A DNA stretch of 64,000 nt, taken from the IMG/VR virus record IMGVR_UViG_3300037439_000266, positions 269 through 64,268 of that record, one strand, 5' to 3'. The position numbers and the translations under genes were made by a program. The DNA comes from a virus (Duplodnaviria > Caudoviricetes). Shown in pieces: positions 16,031 to 24,596 of the stretch (within the stretch, counting starts at the first letter, position 1; each line of letters opens with the position of its first letter). The notes below the pieces were generated by a model, which had not been told where the DNA came from, searched no databases, and worked only from the letters and a program-made list of their open reading frames with translations.

Positions 16031-16105
16031 TAGTCCGTGCGGGACTTGAACCCGCAAATGCCCAGATTGAAAGTCTGGTGGCTCTACCTATTCGCCCAAC
16101 GGACC
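16031..16105 (-). tRNA. tRNA-Glu(TTC)
   Basis: Cloverleaf. Confidence 0.9.
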
Positions 16106-16210
16106 TTAAACACCCGCGAGTGGCGCTCGATGGCAGTCTAACGCCAACGCAGGTGCGACCTCTGCCAAGGTCTTGAAGCCAATTCAGGTTTACAAGCCTG
16201 ACCGCTCCCG

Positions 16211-16283
16211 CTCCCCGGGGATGGCTCGAACATCCAACCTCGCGGTCCAGAGCCGCGCGTTCTTCCAGTTGAACTACCGGGGA
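16211..16283 (-). tRNA. tRNA-Gln(CTG)
   Basis: Cloverleaf. Confidence 0.9.
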
Positions 16284-16295
16284 CTAACTGTTGCG

Positions 16296-16368
16296 CTGTC
16301 CATCGAGGGGTCGAACCTCGCACCTCCCGAGCCAAAATCGGGCGTTCTTCCAACTGAACTAATGGACA
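16296..16368 (-). tRNA. tRNA-Gln(TTG)
   Basis: Cloverleaf. Confidence 0.9.
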
Positions 16369-16489
16369 AGGACCTCGGGGCGGGACCGATGGCTGTCAGT
16401 TCCGGGATCCGAGGTTCGACCCCCAGCCAGGGGTCTGGGGCCGACAGCGGGGTTAAGGGCGTGGTGTCCCCGGCCTGCTGCGGACCTTG

Positions 16490-16562
16490 CTGCCTGGGGA
16501 GGGCTCGAACCTCCGACCTCGCGGTTAACAACCGCTCGCTCTGCCAACTGAGCTACCAGACA
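16490..16562 (-). tRNA. tRNA-Asn(GTT)
   Basis: Cloverleaf. Confidence 0.9.
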
Positions 16563-16773
16563 CTGTGTAGGGGCCCCGGCCCACTCCTGCCACAGGCAGG
16601 TCGGGACCCCGTTAGACCGCGTTTCTCGTCCAGGTGCGTGGTCCATGCCTGGTGTTCGCAGGTAGGCAGTGTTGCCCAGGTCCCTCTTCAACGGGTGGCC
16701 ACCCTCCAAGGTTCGGGCCTCTGACGGCTCCTGCGGCTCACGACACCTTCGGTACCAAGGTGCCTATCTTGCG

Positions 16774-16846
16774 TACACCGAGCGGGATTCGAACCCGCGT
16801 TCTCCTCATTGAGAGTGAGGTGAGATTACCGCTACTCTACCGGTGC
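16774..16846 (-). tRNA. tRNA-Glu(CTC)
   Basis: Cloverleaf. Confidence 0.9.
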
Positions 16847-16999
16847 TCGGACCGGCCGGTGCAGACGACCGGTCCCCGGGCCTCCGCTTCCAACAGAACG
16901 CCCGGCTATGAAGGCCGCCTGCGGAATCAGGTGGGCCGTTGTTGTTCGAGCTGGTCTATCTGAAGGCCACGGTGGCTCCGTGTCGATGCGCCTTCATTG

Positions 17000-17071
17000 C
17001 AGGGCAGGAGGGGTTCGAACCCCCGACCTTCGGTTTTGGAGACCGCTGCTCTTCCACTGAGCTACTACCCA
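17000..17071 (-). tRNA. tRNA-Trp(CCA)
   Basis: Cloverleaf. Confidence 0.9.
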
Positions 17072-17245
17072 TCGTATTTTGTTAGTGCGACCCCGGGCCG
17101 TTTTCAGCCGACCCGGGGTCGCTCCCCCATCCCTCAACCCCTGAAGGAAGTCGGGCGGGGCGGTGCAAGGTCCTGACGCTCGGCAAGCGGAAATCTCAGA
17201 GAGATCTCGCTCGGCATCCCGTGTCGGTGTCAATGACCGCCCCTG

Positions 17246-17318
17246 TGGCCCTCCAGGGACTCGAACCCCGGACCCTCTGATCCGTAATCAGATGCTCTAT
17301 CCTCTGAGCTAGAGAGCC
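17246..17318 (-). tRNA. tRNA-Arg(ACG)
   Basis: Cloverleaf. Confidence 0.9.
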
Positions 17319-17445
17319 GTACCTTTTTTCGCTGCCCCCGCCCCGTCCCCACGAACCGGGGGCAGCTACCCGTAGATCTATGCAGTTATTCGCGGCTCCT
17401 CATCGAGGAGGCCCCGAGCCGGTCTCTCTCCGGCGGTACCCCATA

Positions 17446-17474
17446 ATCGTACCATACCGGTGCCTATAGGACAA
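17446..17474 (-). promoter_or_regulatory. Promoter TTGTCC-17-TACGAT driving the minus-strand tRNA array; TGTC-N5-GGCA over -35
   Basis: Hexamers with 17-nt spacer. Confidence 0.65.
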
Positions 17475-17504
17475 GAGGGGGTCCCTGTGGGCTGTGTCTC
17501 ATAG

Positions 17505-17873
17505 TCACTGGGGCGGCGACAGTTCGGGGAAGCGGAGGTCCTCGATGCAATAGACGAACCCGTTGACACCGGGGTGGCTGTCCAGCTCAAACCAGGCCCG
17601 GGTAGCCACGGTGCGGGACGTGGGACCTCGGTACAGGACGATCAGGAGGGCGTCCCGACCGGTCTCGATCCGGGCCTCGGGCGGGGCGGCGTCGTTGAGA
17701 TAGGCGCTGATGGGGTCGTTGCCCTGCATCAGGGGCTCTCCGCGCACGGGATAAGAAAAGAGGTGTGCGGCGGCGGCCTCGTAGCCGCCCTCCTGGATGA
17801 GGTTCTCCAGGAAATCGAGATGGGCGAAGACTGGGACGAGGTCCACGACTGTGAGGTCTGGTGCGCGTGTCAT
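17505..17873 (-). CDS. Hypothetical protein, 122 aa
   Basis: Codon bias; short or leaderless 5' end. Confidence 0.65.
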   Translation of the reverse strand: MTRAPDLTVVDLVPVFAHLDFLENLIQEGGYEAAAAHLFSYPVRGEPLMQGNDPISAYLNDAAPPEARIETGRDALLIVLYRGPTSRTVATRAWFELDSHPGVNGFVYCIEDLRFPELSPPQ

Positions 17874-17990
17874 GAGGACAGTGTAGCAGAGGAGCGTGTC
17901 CGAGAGGAAAGAAGATCTATTACTCGCTGGTAATAGGCGATTGGGCCTCCAGGGGGCGGATTCCGGACCGGCTCGCGCCAGCGAGTCGCG

Positions 17991-18043
17991 CCCCCCGCCC
18001 CCTGTTACGCGATGACTCCGTCAGCGTAACAGGGGGCGGGGGG
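17991..18043. repeat. Perfect 20-bp inverted repeat next to an AT-richer tract; candidate replication origin
   Basis: CCCCCCGCCCCCTGTTACGC/GCGTAACAGGGGGCGGGGGG; noncoding, upstream of primase. Confidence 0.6.
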
Positions 18044-18442
18044 CGGGCGTCCGGCAATCCCCCCCGGGGCCCGATAACGGGGAGTAGTTGCGTACCCCCG
18101 GTGGGGTAACGAATCATAACCCAGAGTAGCGATATTGTCTACAGATTGTTTATATACTCAGTATGGCAGTTACGACGTCGTTACTACTGTCTGGTAGGCT
18201 AGGGGATATGGTGCACTTCCTATTGGTGGTTTCCAACACACTTTCCACAGGAAGTATGTGACATAGACGGTCATCTATGGCACTGCTCCCACGCACCGCG
18301 TACCGGTAGTTGCGCAGCCACGAGGAGTCACTGTGTGACCAACGACACGGTACAGATGGGGCTGCTGGGGCTCCTGTGACTCCTGGGCACGGCCCGTGCT
18401 AGACTGGTCTCCTCTAACTCCACGCACGAGGAGGTCCCCACC

Positions 18443-20221
18443 TTGGCTCAACTGATGATGCCTGACTTCGACGGGTCCGAGACGCCCGAAGAGGCGGCCC
18501 TGGCCTACGCCGAGGCGGGCTGGTACGTGATCCCGGTGGACCGGGAGTTCGAGACGGGCAAGAACCCGGGCTCGATCCTTGGCAAGGACTGGCCGACCCA
18601 ATCGAGTCGGGACCCCGACCAGATCCGCGACTGGTTCTCGGGGGCCTGGCGCGAGCGCAACATCGCCCTCCACGTCGGCCGATCGGGCGCCGTGGCGTTC
18701 GACCACGACCAAGGTGCCCTGCCTGACCCACTGGTCGACGCCCTGGTCGCCTACGCCCCGCCCCAGCAGTTCACTCCCTCCGGCGGGGAGCACTACATCT
18801 TTGCCCAGCCGCCGGGCCGGTCAATCGGCAACTCCGGTGGGAAGCTCGGCTCGGAGTGGGGGGAGGTCCGGGGCCACAACGGCGTCATCGTCGTCTACCC
18901 CTCAGCGCTGCCCGAGAAGGGTAAGTACGAATGGTCCGAGGGGACCCTGCTTGCCCCCCGCCTCGCGGTCCCGGTACTGCCCACCTCGGTGGCGGAGCTG
19001 CTGCCGGACGCGGGCCTGCGGGACCGATCGGCCACGGCAGACCAGCGGCAGGAATTCCTGGACCGATACACCGAGGGCACTCGGCCCGAGATGCTGCGGC
19101 CCGTCCTGGACTACTACGAGAAGAAGGCGCACGCGGGTTCGCGGCACGAGACCCTGGTGCACTGCGCGTGCTGGGCCATGCGGGAGGCGCGGGCGGGCTT
19201 CTACGCCGCCCGGACGGCCTGGGAGGCCCTCTGGCAGACGTTCCTGGACACCGCCGGGCAGGAGCGCTTCATCGACTCCGAGTTCGACGGGATCATGGAC
19301 TGGGCGATCGGGCAGGCTCGGGCGCTGTCGGACACCCAGCTCGCCCAGGCCGTGGCCGAGTACCAGATCGCCGTCACCGATGAGGAGGTCGCCGAGCTGG
19401 AGGCGAAGCTGCTCGACACCGAGGCCCTGGATGACCTGCCCGACCCCCGCTGGCTGGTGGCGGGCTGGCTCGAGATGGATACGATCGCCCGCATGACCGG
19501 AAAGTCCCGCCACGGCAAATCGTTCGTGGCGCTGGACCTCGCCGCTGCAATCGGGGGCGGTTTGGACTGGCACGGCTCCAAGGTGCTGCAGGGGGAGGTC
19601 ATCTACATGGCCGCCGAGGGCGCGTACGGCATGAAGAAGCGCGTCCGGGCCTGGGAGACCACCTACGGACGCCGCATGCGGGGCGTCTACCTGCTGCCGG
19701 AGGCGCTGCAGGTCAGGTCCCGAGACTGGGACGTCCTGTGTGAGCTGGTGAAGAGGCGCAAACCCGCGCTGATCATCCTCGACACCCAGGCGCGCGTCAC
19801 CGTGGGCCTGGACGAGAACGACGCCAGCGAGATGGGCCATCTGGTCAACCAGATGGAGAAGATGCGCCAGGTCTCGGGGGCCTGCGTGATGGCGGTCCAC
19901 CACCTCGGTCACAACGGGCGCGAGGGCCGAGGCTCCACGGCCGTCATCGGCGCGCTCACCTCGGAGATCCTGGTGGCGCGTGAGGACTCGAATTCCGAGT
20001 CGGACGGCGGCAGCCCCGGGGAGGAAGGCCCCCGCGTCATTCGCGTGGAGTGCATGAAGCAGAAGAATGCCGAGGACGGCGAGGTCCGGCTGTTCGAGAT
20101 GCGCCAGGTCGAACTGGGCCACGACGTCGACGGGAACCCCGTCACCTCGGCGGTCATCCGGGAGACCATTCAACTTGAGCAGGTGCTGCGCAACTGGGGA
20201 CAACACTACGTGCCCGGCTAG
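18443..20221 (+). CDS. Bifunctional primase-polymerase fused to AAA (RepA-like) helicase
   Basis: A..YA..GW.VIP, NI, FDHD, GGEHY motifs; Walker A GKSRHGKS; IILDT. Confidence 0.9.
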   Translation: MAQLMMPDFDGSETPEEAALAYAEAGWYVIPVDREFETGKNPGSILGKDWPTQSSRDPDQIRDWFSGAWRERNIALHVGRSGAVAFDHDQGALPDPLVDALVAYAPPQQFTPSGGEHYIFAQPPGRSIGNSGGKLGSEWGEVRGHNGVIVVYPSALPEKGKYEWSEGTLLAPRLAVPVLPTSVAELLPDAGLRDRSATADQRQEFLDRYTEGTRPEMLRPVLDYYEKKAHAGSRHETLVHCACWAMREARAGFYAARTAWEALWQTFLDTAGQERFIDSEFDGIMDWAIGQARALSDTQLAQAVAEYQIAVTDEEVAELEAKLLDTEALDDLPDPRWLVAGWLEMDTIARMTGKSRHGKSFVALDLAAAIGGGLDWHGSKVLQGEVIYMAAEGAYGMKKRVRAWETTYGRRMRGVYLLPEALQVRSRDWDVLCELVKRRKPALIILDTQARVTVGLDENDASEMGHLVNQMEKMRQVSGACVMAVHHLGHNGREGRGSTAVIGALTSEILVAREDSNSESDGGSPGEEGPRVIRVECMKQKNAEDGEVRLFEMRQVELGHDVDGNPVTSAVIRETIQLEQVLRNWGQHYVPG

Positions 20222-20246
20222 CATGCTGGTATGCTATAATAGAGAC

Positions 20247-20516
20247 ATGGCACAGATGACCAACACGCAATTCGCGGCAGAGACGGGGTACCACCACACC
20301 TCGGTGTCGCGTCTGCGCAACGGGCATCGCCTGCCGAGCACCCAACAGCTGGTCCACATCTGCGACACGTACGGTCTGGACCTGGCCAAGTTCACTCGGG
20401 CCCACGCTGAGGGGGCGGACGTCTTCTCGGCTCTGCTCCGCGAGGCGGTCCTGGGTGAAGAGGAGCCGCTCTGGCAGGGAGAGCTTCCGGAAGAGGCAGC
20501 TGGCTTCGAGGGGTAG
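20247..20516 (+). CDS. XRE-family HTH DNA-binding protein, leaderless (TGC-TATAAT at 20232-20240)
   Basis: FAAETGYHHTSVSRLRNG.RLP HTH. Confidence 0.85.
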   Translation: MAQMTNTQFAAETGYHHTSVSRLRNGHRLPSTQQLVHICDTYGLDLAKFTRAHAEGADVFSALLREAVLGEEEPLWQGELPEEAAGFEG

Positions 20517-20618
20517 CCAGCTGCCCAACCCGCCTCGTCCCCGAGAATGTAGGGGAACAAACGAGGCGGTCGGGGAGGGCCGTTGTGAGGTTCGGCCCTC
20601 CCCAATTCCCCCTCGGGA

Positions 20619-20690
20619 CGCGGAATAGCTTAACGGCAGAGCACCAGCCTCATAAGCTGGAAAGTCTCGGTTCAAATCCGAGTTCCGCTA
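20619..20690 (+). tRNA. tRNA-Met/Ile2(CAT)
   Basis: Cloverleaf; C1 mismatched, but no 3 G-C initiator anticodon stem. Confidence 0.85.
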
Positions 20691-20821
20691 CGAAACGATG
20701 CAATACCTAAGTAGTCAGACTGAGTGGGCCCCGGCGAGGGTCGTGTCAGACATTCGAACGGTGCGCTAGTTTCGGTGCCCCCCGGCGCAAGTGCTGAGCA
20801 CGCGAGGCCGGGGGGACCCAA

Positions 20822-20898
20822 GCTCGCTTAGCCTAGAGGCCGAGGGCGTCCCCCTGTCGAGGGGAAGAACACGGGTTCGAATCCCGTAGCGAGTGCCA
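20822..20898 (+). tRNA. tRNA-Asp(GTC), CCA encoded
   Basis: Cloverleaf. Confidence 0.9.
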
Positions 20899-20969
20899 TT
20901 GTGTCGGGCCCCAAGCGTCTGCAGCGTTGTTGGAGCCTCCCGGGAGGTGCGCCCGGCACGGTGAAATAG

Positions 20970-21044
20970 CGGGATGTAGCCAAGCTTGGTAAGGCGCTTG
21001 CTTTGGGAGCAAGAGACGCGGGGGTTCAAATCCTCCCATCCCGA
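20970..21044 (+). tRNA. tRNA-Pro(TGG)
   Basis: Cloverleaf. Confidence 0.9.
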
Positions 21045-21046
21045 CT

Positions 21047-21118
21047 GTGGCCGTAGCTCAACGGAAGAGCGCGCGGATGTGGCCCGCGTGGTTGTGGGTT
21101 CAACTCCCATCGGTCACC
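21047..21118 (+). tRNA. tRNA-His(GTG)
   Basis: Cloverleaf. Confidence 0.9.
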
Positions 21119-21120
21119 CC

Positions 21121-21193
21121 GCCTTGGTAGCTCAACGGATAGAGCGCCCGGTTCCGGACCGGGAGGCTGCAGGTTCGAATCCTGCCTGGGGCA
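21121..21193 (+). tRNA. tRNA-Arg(CCG)
   Basis: Cloverleaf. Confidence 0.9.
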
Positions 21194-21202
21194 CGTGAGA
21201 GT

Positions 21203-21273
21203 GGGCCGGTAGCTTAATTGGTAAAGCAGGCCGGGGACGGCTATTTTGTGCGGGTTCGAGTCCCGCCCGGAAG
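21203..21273 (+). ncRNA. tRNA-like RNA with GGGA tetraloop in place of the anticodon loop
   Basis: Canonical D and T arms; GGCCG-GGGA-CGGCT; acceptor stem only 4 bp. Confidence 0.65.
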
Positions 21274-21303
21274 TGCACACCCACTCCCACACTAACTTAA
21301 CAA

Positions 21304-21377
21304 GCCCGGGTGGCCCAATTGGCAGAGGCGTCCGCTTCAGGAGCGGAAAGTTGGGGGTTCGAGTCCCTCTTCGGGTA
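21304..21377 (+). tRNA. tRNA-Leu(CAG), short variable arm
   Basis: Cloverleaf. Confidence 0.85.
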
Positions 21378-21445
21378 CGGGGCACGCTGGGGTGCCCTTG
21401 CAGCGATGTCGGTCATGAACGGCAGAGTGTAAAACCCCAGCACAA

Positions 21446-21518
21446 GCTCGTCTAGTCCAATGGCAGAGACACCGGCCTCAAAAACCGGCAAGTCCCGGTT
21501 CGAGTCCGGGGGCGAGTA
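21446..21518 (+). tRNA. tRNA-Leu(CAA), short variable arm
   Basis: Cloverleaf. Confidence 0.85.
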
Positions 21519-21580
21519 CTAGCCAGGTAGTTCTAGATAAGCCTGGCCGAATGGAGATGGGCGTCGCGCAAGCGCCCCCT

Positions 21581-21652
21581 CAGCACGTAGCTCAGATGGT
21601 AGAGCGCCGCCCTCGCGGGTGGAGGTCAGGGGTTCAAATCCTGCTCGTGCAC
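21581..21652 (+). tRNA. Degenerate tRNA-Ala(CGC)-like (6-nt anticodon loop, weak T and acceptor stems)
   Basis: D arm canonical; CCGCC-CTCGCG-GGTGG. Confidence 0.55.
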
Positions 21653-21654
21653 CC

Positions 21655-21726
21655 GCCGCAGTCGGTTAATTGGCAAACTCACTGACTTCCAATCAGTTAC
21701 TGGGGGTTCGAATCCCCTCTGCGGCT
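21655..21726 (+). tRNA. tRNA-Gly(TCC)
   Basis: Cloverleaf. Confidence 0.85.
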
Positions 21727-21731
21727 CTGAA

Positions 21732-21790
21732 GGGACGTCATCTGGACAGCAGGTGCGCGCACCGGGGAGGCTCGAAACCTCCGGCGTCCC
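21732..21790 (+). ncRNA. Short tRNA-like RNA lacking an anticodon arm
   Basis: GGGACGT/GCGTCCC acceptor stem; GGAGG-..TCGAAA-CCTCC T-like arm. Confidence 0.5.
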
Positions 21791-21796
21791 TTCTCC

Positions 21797-21869
21797 GCCC
21801 TTGTAGCTCAGTGGTCAGAGCAGCTGTTTAGTAATCAGCTGGTCCGGGGTTCGAATCCTCGCGGGGGCT
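21797..21869 (+). tRNA. tRNA-Thr(AGT)
   Basis: Cloverleaf, TTAGTAA loop. Confidence 0.8.
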
Positions 21870-21870
21870 C

Positions 21871-21942
21871 GGCTTGTTAGCTCAGTTGGAAGAGTACCGG
21901 AGTGAAGTCCCGGGAGCGGCGGTTCGAATCCGTCACGAGCCA
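21871..21942 (+). tRNA. tRNA-Phe(GAA), atypical 31-39/32-38 positions
   Basis: Cloverleaf. Confidence 0.8.
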
Positions 21943-21943
21943 C

Positions 21944-22016
21944 GCGTCGTTAGCTCAGTTGGTAGAGCTTCGTCCTCTTAAGTCGAAGGTCCTAGGTTCG
22001 ATCCCTAGACGGCGCA
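21944..22016 (+). tRNA. tRNA-Lys(CTT)
   Basis: Cloverleaf. Confidence 0.9.
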
Positions 22017-22017
22017 C

Positions 22018-22090
22018 GCCTCGCTAGCTCAGTGGTAAGAGCAGCTTCCTTTTAAGTAGCGGGTCCGGGGTTCGACTCCCTGGCGGGGCA
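22018..22090 (+). tRNA. tRNA-Lys(TTT)
   Basis: Cloverleaf. Confidence 0.9.
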
Positions 22091-22091
22091 C

Positions 22092-22164
22092 AGCTGACTA
22101 GCTCAACGGTTAGAGTACCACTCTGATAAGGTGGGGGTTCTCGGTTCGAATCCGAGGTTAGCTA
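22092..22164 (+). tRNA. tRNA-Ile(GAT)
   Basis: Cloverleaf. Confidence 0.9.
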
Positions 22165-22165
22165 C

Positions 22166-22238
22166 GCACCGTTAGCTCAGTGGAACGAGCGGCTGTCTTA
22201 CAAGCAGCGGGTCGGGGGTTCGACTCCTCCACGGTGTA
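22166..22238 (+). tRNA. tRNA-Val(TAC)
   Basis: Cloverleaf. Confidence 0.9.
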
Positions 22239-22322
22239 CAAGGTTCCAGAGGACGTAGTCGCTAAGTCGGTTGGCGCGGGGTCAACAAACGCGGGCGTGG
22301 CGCACCGCCTGGAACCGAGCAA

Positions 22323-22396
22323 GGGCTGTTAGCTCCAATTGGTAGAGCGTCTGTTTTGCATACAGAGGGTTGTCGGTTCGAATCCGTCACGGTCCA
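22323..22396 (+). tRNA. tRNA-Ala(TGC)
   Basis: Cloverleaf, G3:U70. Confidence 0.9.
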
Positions 22397-22457
22397 CTCG
22401 GGGTGTTCGCCGAGCTGTCCTCTTTAGGGTCTTACCGCCTGAATCAGCTCGGATCTA

Positions 22458-22530
22458 GGGCGCGTAGCTCAGCGGATAGAGCTGGACTTTCCTAAAGTCT
22501 GCGGCGAGGGTTCGAATCCTTCCGCGCCCA
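22458..22530 (+). tRNA. tRNA-Arg(CCT)
   Basis: Cloverleaf. Confidence 0.9.
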
Positions 22531-22553
22531 CGGGTCCATTCGGGGGTCCTTCA

Positions 22554-22589
22554 AGGCCCGCACCTCACGTCTCACCGAGGTGCGGGCCT
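22554..22589 (+). terminator. 13-bp hairpin closing the plus-strand tRNA array
   Basis: AGGCCCGCACCTC/GAGGTGCGGGCCT. Confidence 0.6.
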
Positions 22590-22714
22590 CTCGCTGTGCG
22601 AAGTTTGAGGTGCCTGTGATGGCTGGGGCGGGGGGATACTGCTGTGCCTGGGGGGCACGCGTGTGGTACGATAGTCCTACAACGCCACGGCACAGCGAGA
22701 GAGACGAGAGCCCC

Positions 22715-23734
22715 TTGCACTATCTGCAGCCCGAGCTTCCCCCGATCACAGCTCCGATCGTCGTCTCCAACTCCGAGGTGGAATCCGCCGCCCGTTGCGA
22801 CTTCCAGCATCAGCTGGGCTACCGCGAGCGCTGGACCAAGGGCCCCTTCAATCCCGAGTCGGCCGCCGGTCAGGGCATCGCCTGGCACGAGATCCTCGAA
22901 GTCCACTACCGCGCCATCCAGGACTGGCAAAAAGAGGCCGAGGCCGCCGGTCGACCGTGGTGGGACTTCAACCACGAGCAGGCCCTGGACACCGCACGCC
23001 TCCGCATCCAGTATCTCCTCGATCGCTTCACGGAGATGTCTGAGGACCTTGGGCAGTTGATGTCCTGGATGTACGCGGGCCACGTCAACCACTGGGGCGT
23101 GGACCCCGAGTGGCGAATCATCGACGTCGAGCGGGCCGGGCAGGTCCCACTCAACCCCCCCGCCTCCCTGCTGGAGACCTCGCTGGTGCGCCGCCCCCGC
23201 TACAAGCGCATCGGAGCCACCCTCGACTTCCAGTTCAAGTACCGCGCCGACCTGATCGTGGAGGAGCGCGGCAAGCTCTGGCTGGTCGACCACAAGAGCG
23301 TCGGCAACTTCCCCTCCCAGCTCGACCTCGACTTCGACCCCCAGATCGACCGCTACACCTGGGCGCTGCGCCAGGAGGGCGTGCCGATCTACGGGCAGCT
23401 GTTCAACCAGGCCCGGCGCAAGATGCTGAAGCGCGCCCAGACCCTGGAGGAGCGGCACCGCAGGCCCCGCACCCACCGCACCGACCGCGAGCTGGACTCC
23501 ATCGCCGCCGACTTGTTCCAGGTCATCTACGCCCGCTACGAGCAGCAGATCCGGCTTGAGGGCCGCAACGCCCTCCCGGAAGCTCCGCCCGTCGACGCCC
23601 CGCGCCAGGCCAGCTCCCGCCACTGCTCGTTCCTCTGTGACTTCACCGAGGCGTGCCTCAGTGGCCGGAAAGGGAACGACAGCCGCCAGTACCTGGTCGA
23701 GCTCGGGATGACCCAAAACTTTACTCGCCATTAA
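22715..23734 (+). CDS. Cas4-like / PD-(D/E)XK exonuclease (TTG start inferred)
   Basis: S.S.....RC, G...HE.LE, RADL...LVDHKS, Q...Y motifs; C-terminal Cys. Confidence 0.85.
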   Translation: MHYLQPELPPITAPIVVSNSEVESAARCDFQHQLGYRERWTKGPFNPESAAGQGIAWHEILEVHYRAIQDWQKEAEAAGRPWWDFNHEQALDTARLRIQYLLDRFTEMSEDLGQLMSWMYAGHVNHWGVDPEWRIIDVERAGQVPLNPPASLLETSLVRRPRYKRIGATLDFQFKYRADLIVEERGKLWLVDHKSVGNFPSQLDLDFDPQIDRYTWALRQEGVPIYGQLFNQARRKMLKRAQTLEERHRRPRTHRTDRELDSIAADLFQVIYARYEQQIRLEGRNALPEAPPVDAPRQASSRHCSFLCDFTEACLSGRKGNDSRQYLVELGMTQNFTRH

Positions 23735-23758
23735 GCACCCCCGAAAGGAAAGGAATCA

Positions 23759-24595
23759 ATGCAATCACTCGATGAAGGGGACGACTTCGTCCGCGTGGCA
23801 ATGTACGGGGACCCCGGCAGCGGCAAGACCACGGCCGTCGCAGGGGCCGCCCGCCTTGGCCCCGTGGCCGTGGCGGCAGCCGAGGAGGGCCTGTACGCTC
23901 GCCCGCTGAAGAAGCTCGGAATTCCGGTGGACAAGGTTGTTCCATTCCGGAACACCAGCTTCGACGGCCTGATCGGCCTGGCCGAGGCGCTGCGAGACGA
24001 CCTGGACACCAAGTCCGACGCCTGGGCGGCGTTCGCCTTGGACACCGTGACCGAGCTGGCCTCCCAGTGGGTGTCCGCCGAGGTGGACCGTCGCATTGCG
24101 AAAGAGATGCGCAACATCTCCTCGATGGAGGAGTACAAGAAGAAGCCTTTCAACACGGAGCGAGACGACTACGGCGTCGCGACGCAACAGTTCCGTCGCG
24201 TGCTCCGAGCCTTCGCCGACCTCCCGCTGCACGTGGCCTACACGGCTCACGTCCGCCGGGACGTCGACGAGGACTCCGGGATGGTGGCCTACGGGCCATC
24301 GCTGTTCCCGGCAATGCAGGCCGACCTGATGGGGCACGTCTCCATCCTGATCTGGACCCGCGTAGCCGGGGAGTACGATGATGGGCGCCCGATCCACGTC
24401 GGCCAGACGCGGAACACCGGCAAATACAAGTCCAAGGATCGGCTGAACGCCCTACCTCGGACCATGGTGAACCCCTCCCTCGATCGAGTGGTGGGGTACG
24501 TCAACGGGGAACTCGAAGAGGACTCGGATCCCCTGCAGAAGGAATTCCTGGACTGGAAGGCCAGCCAGGCGGAGAACAGCAAGAAGGAGAACTAA
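23759..24595 (+). CDS. AAA_24 / Sak4-like ATPase (recombinase)
   Basis: YGDPGSGKT Walker A; LDTVTE; sits between exonuclease and SSB. Confidence 0.85.
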   Translation: MQSLDEGDDFVRVAMYGDPGSGKTTAVAGAARLGPVAVAAAEEGLYARPLKKLGIPVDKVVPFRNTSFDGLIGLAEALRDDLDTKSDAWAAFALDTVTELASQWVSAEVDRRIAKEMRNISSMEEYKKKPFNTERDDYGVATQQFRRVLRAFADLPLHVAYTAHVRRDVDEDSGMVAYGPSLFPAMQADLMGHVSILIWTRVAGEYDDGRPIHVGQTRNTGKYKSKDRLNALPRTMVNPSLDRVVGYVNGELEEDSDPLQKEFLDWKASQAENSKKEN

Positions 24596-24596
24596 C

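Noticed and set aside
21304-21518. Short-variable-arm Leu tRNAs as novel
   Set aside because: Short-arm Leu tRNAs are already known from actinobacteria and their phages
22715-23734. Cas4-like gene as a sign of CRISPR-Cas
   Set aside because: No array or other cas genes; it sits in the usual exonuclease-recombinase-SSB module
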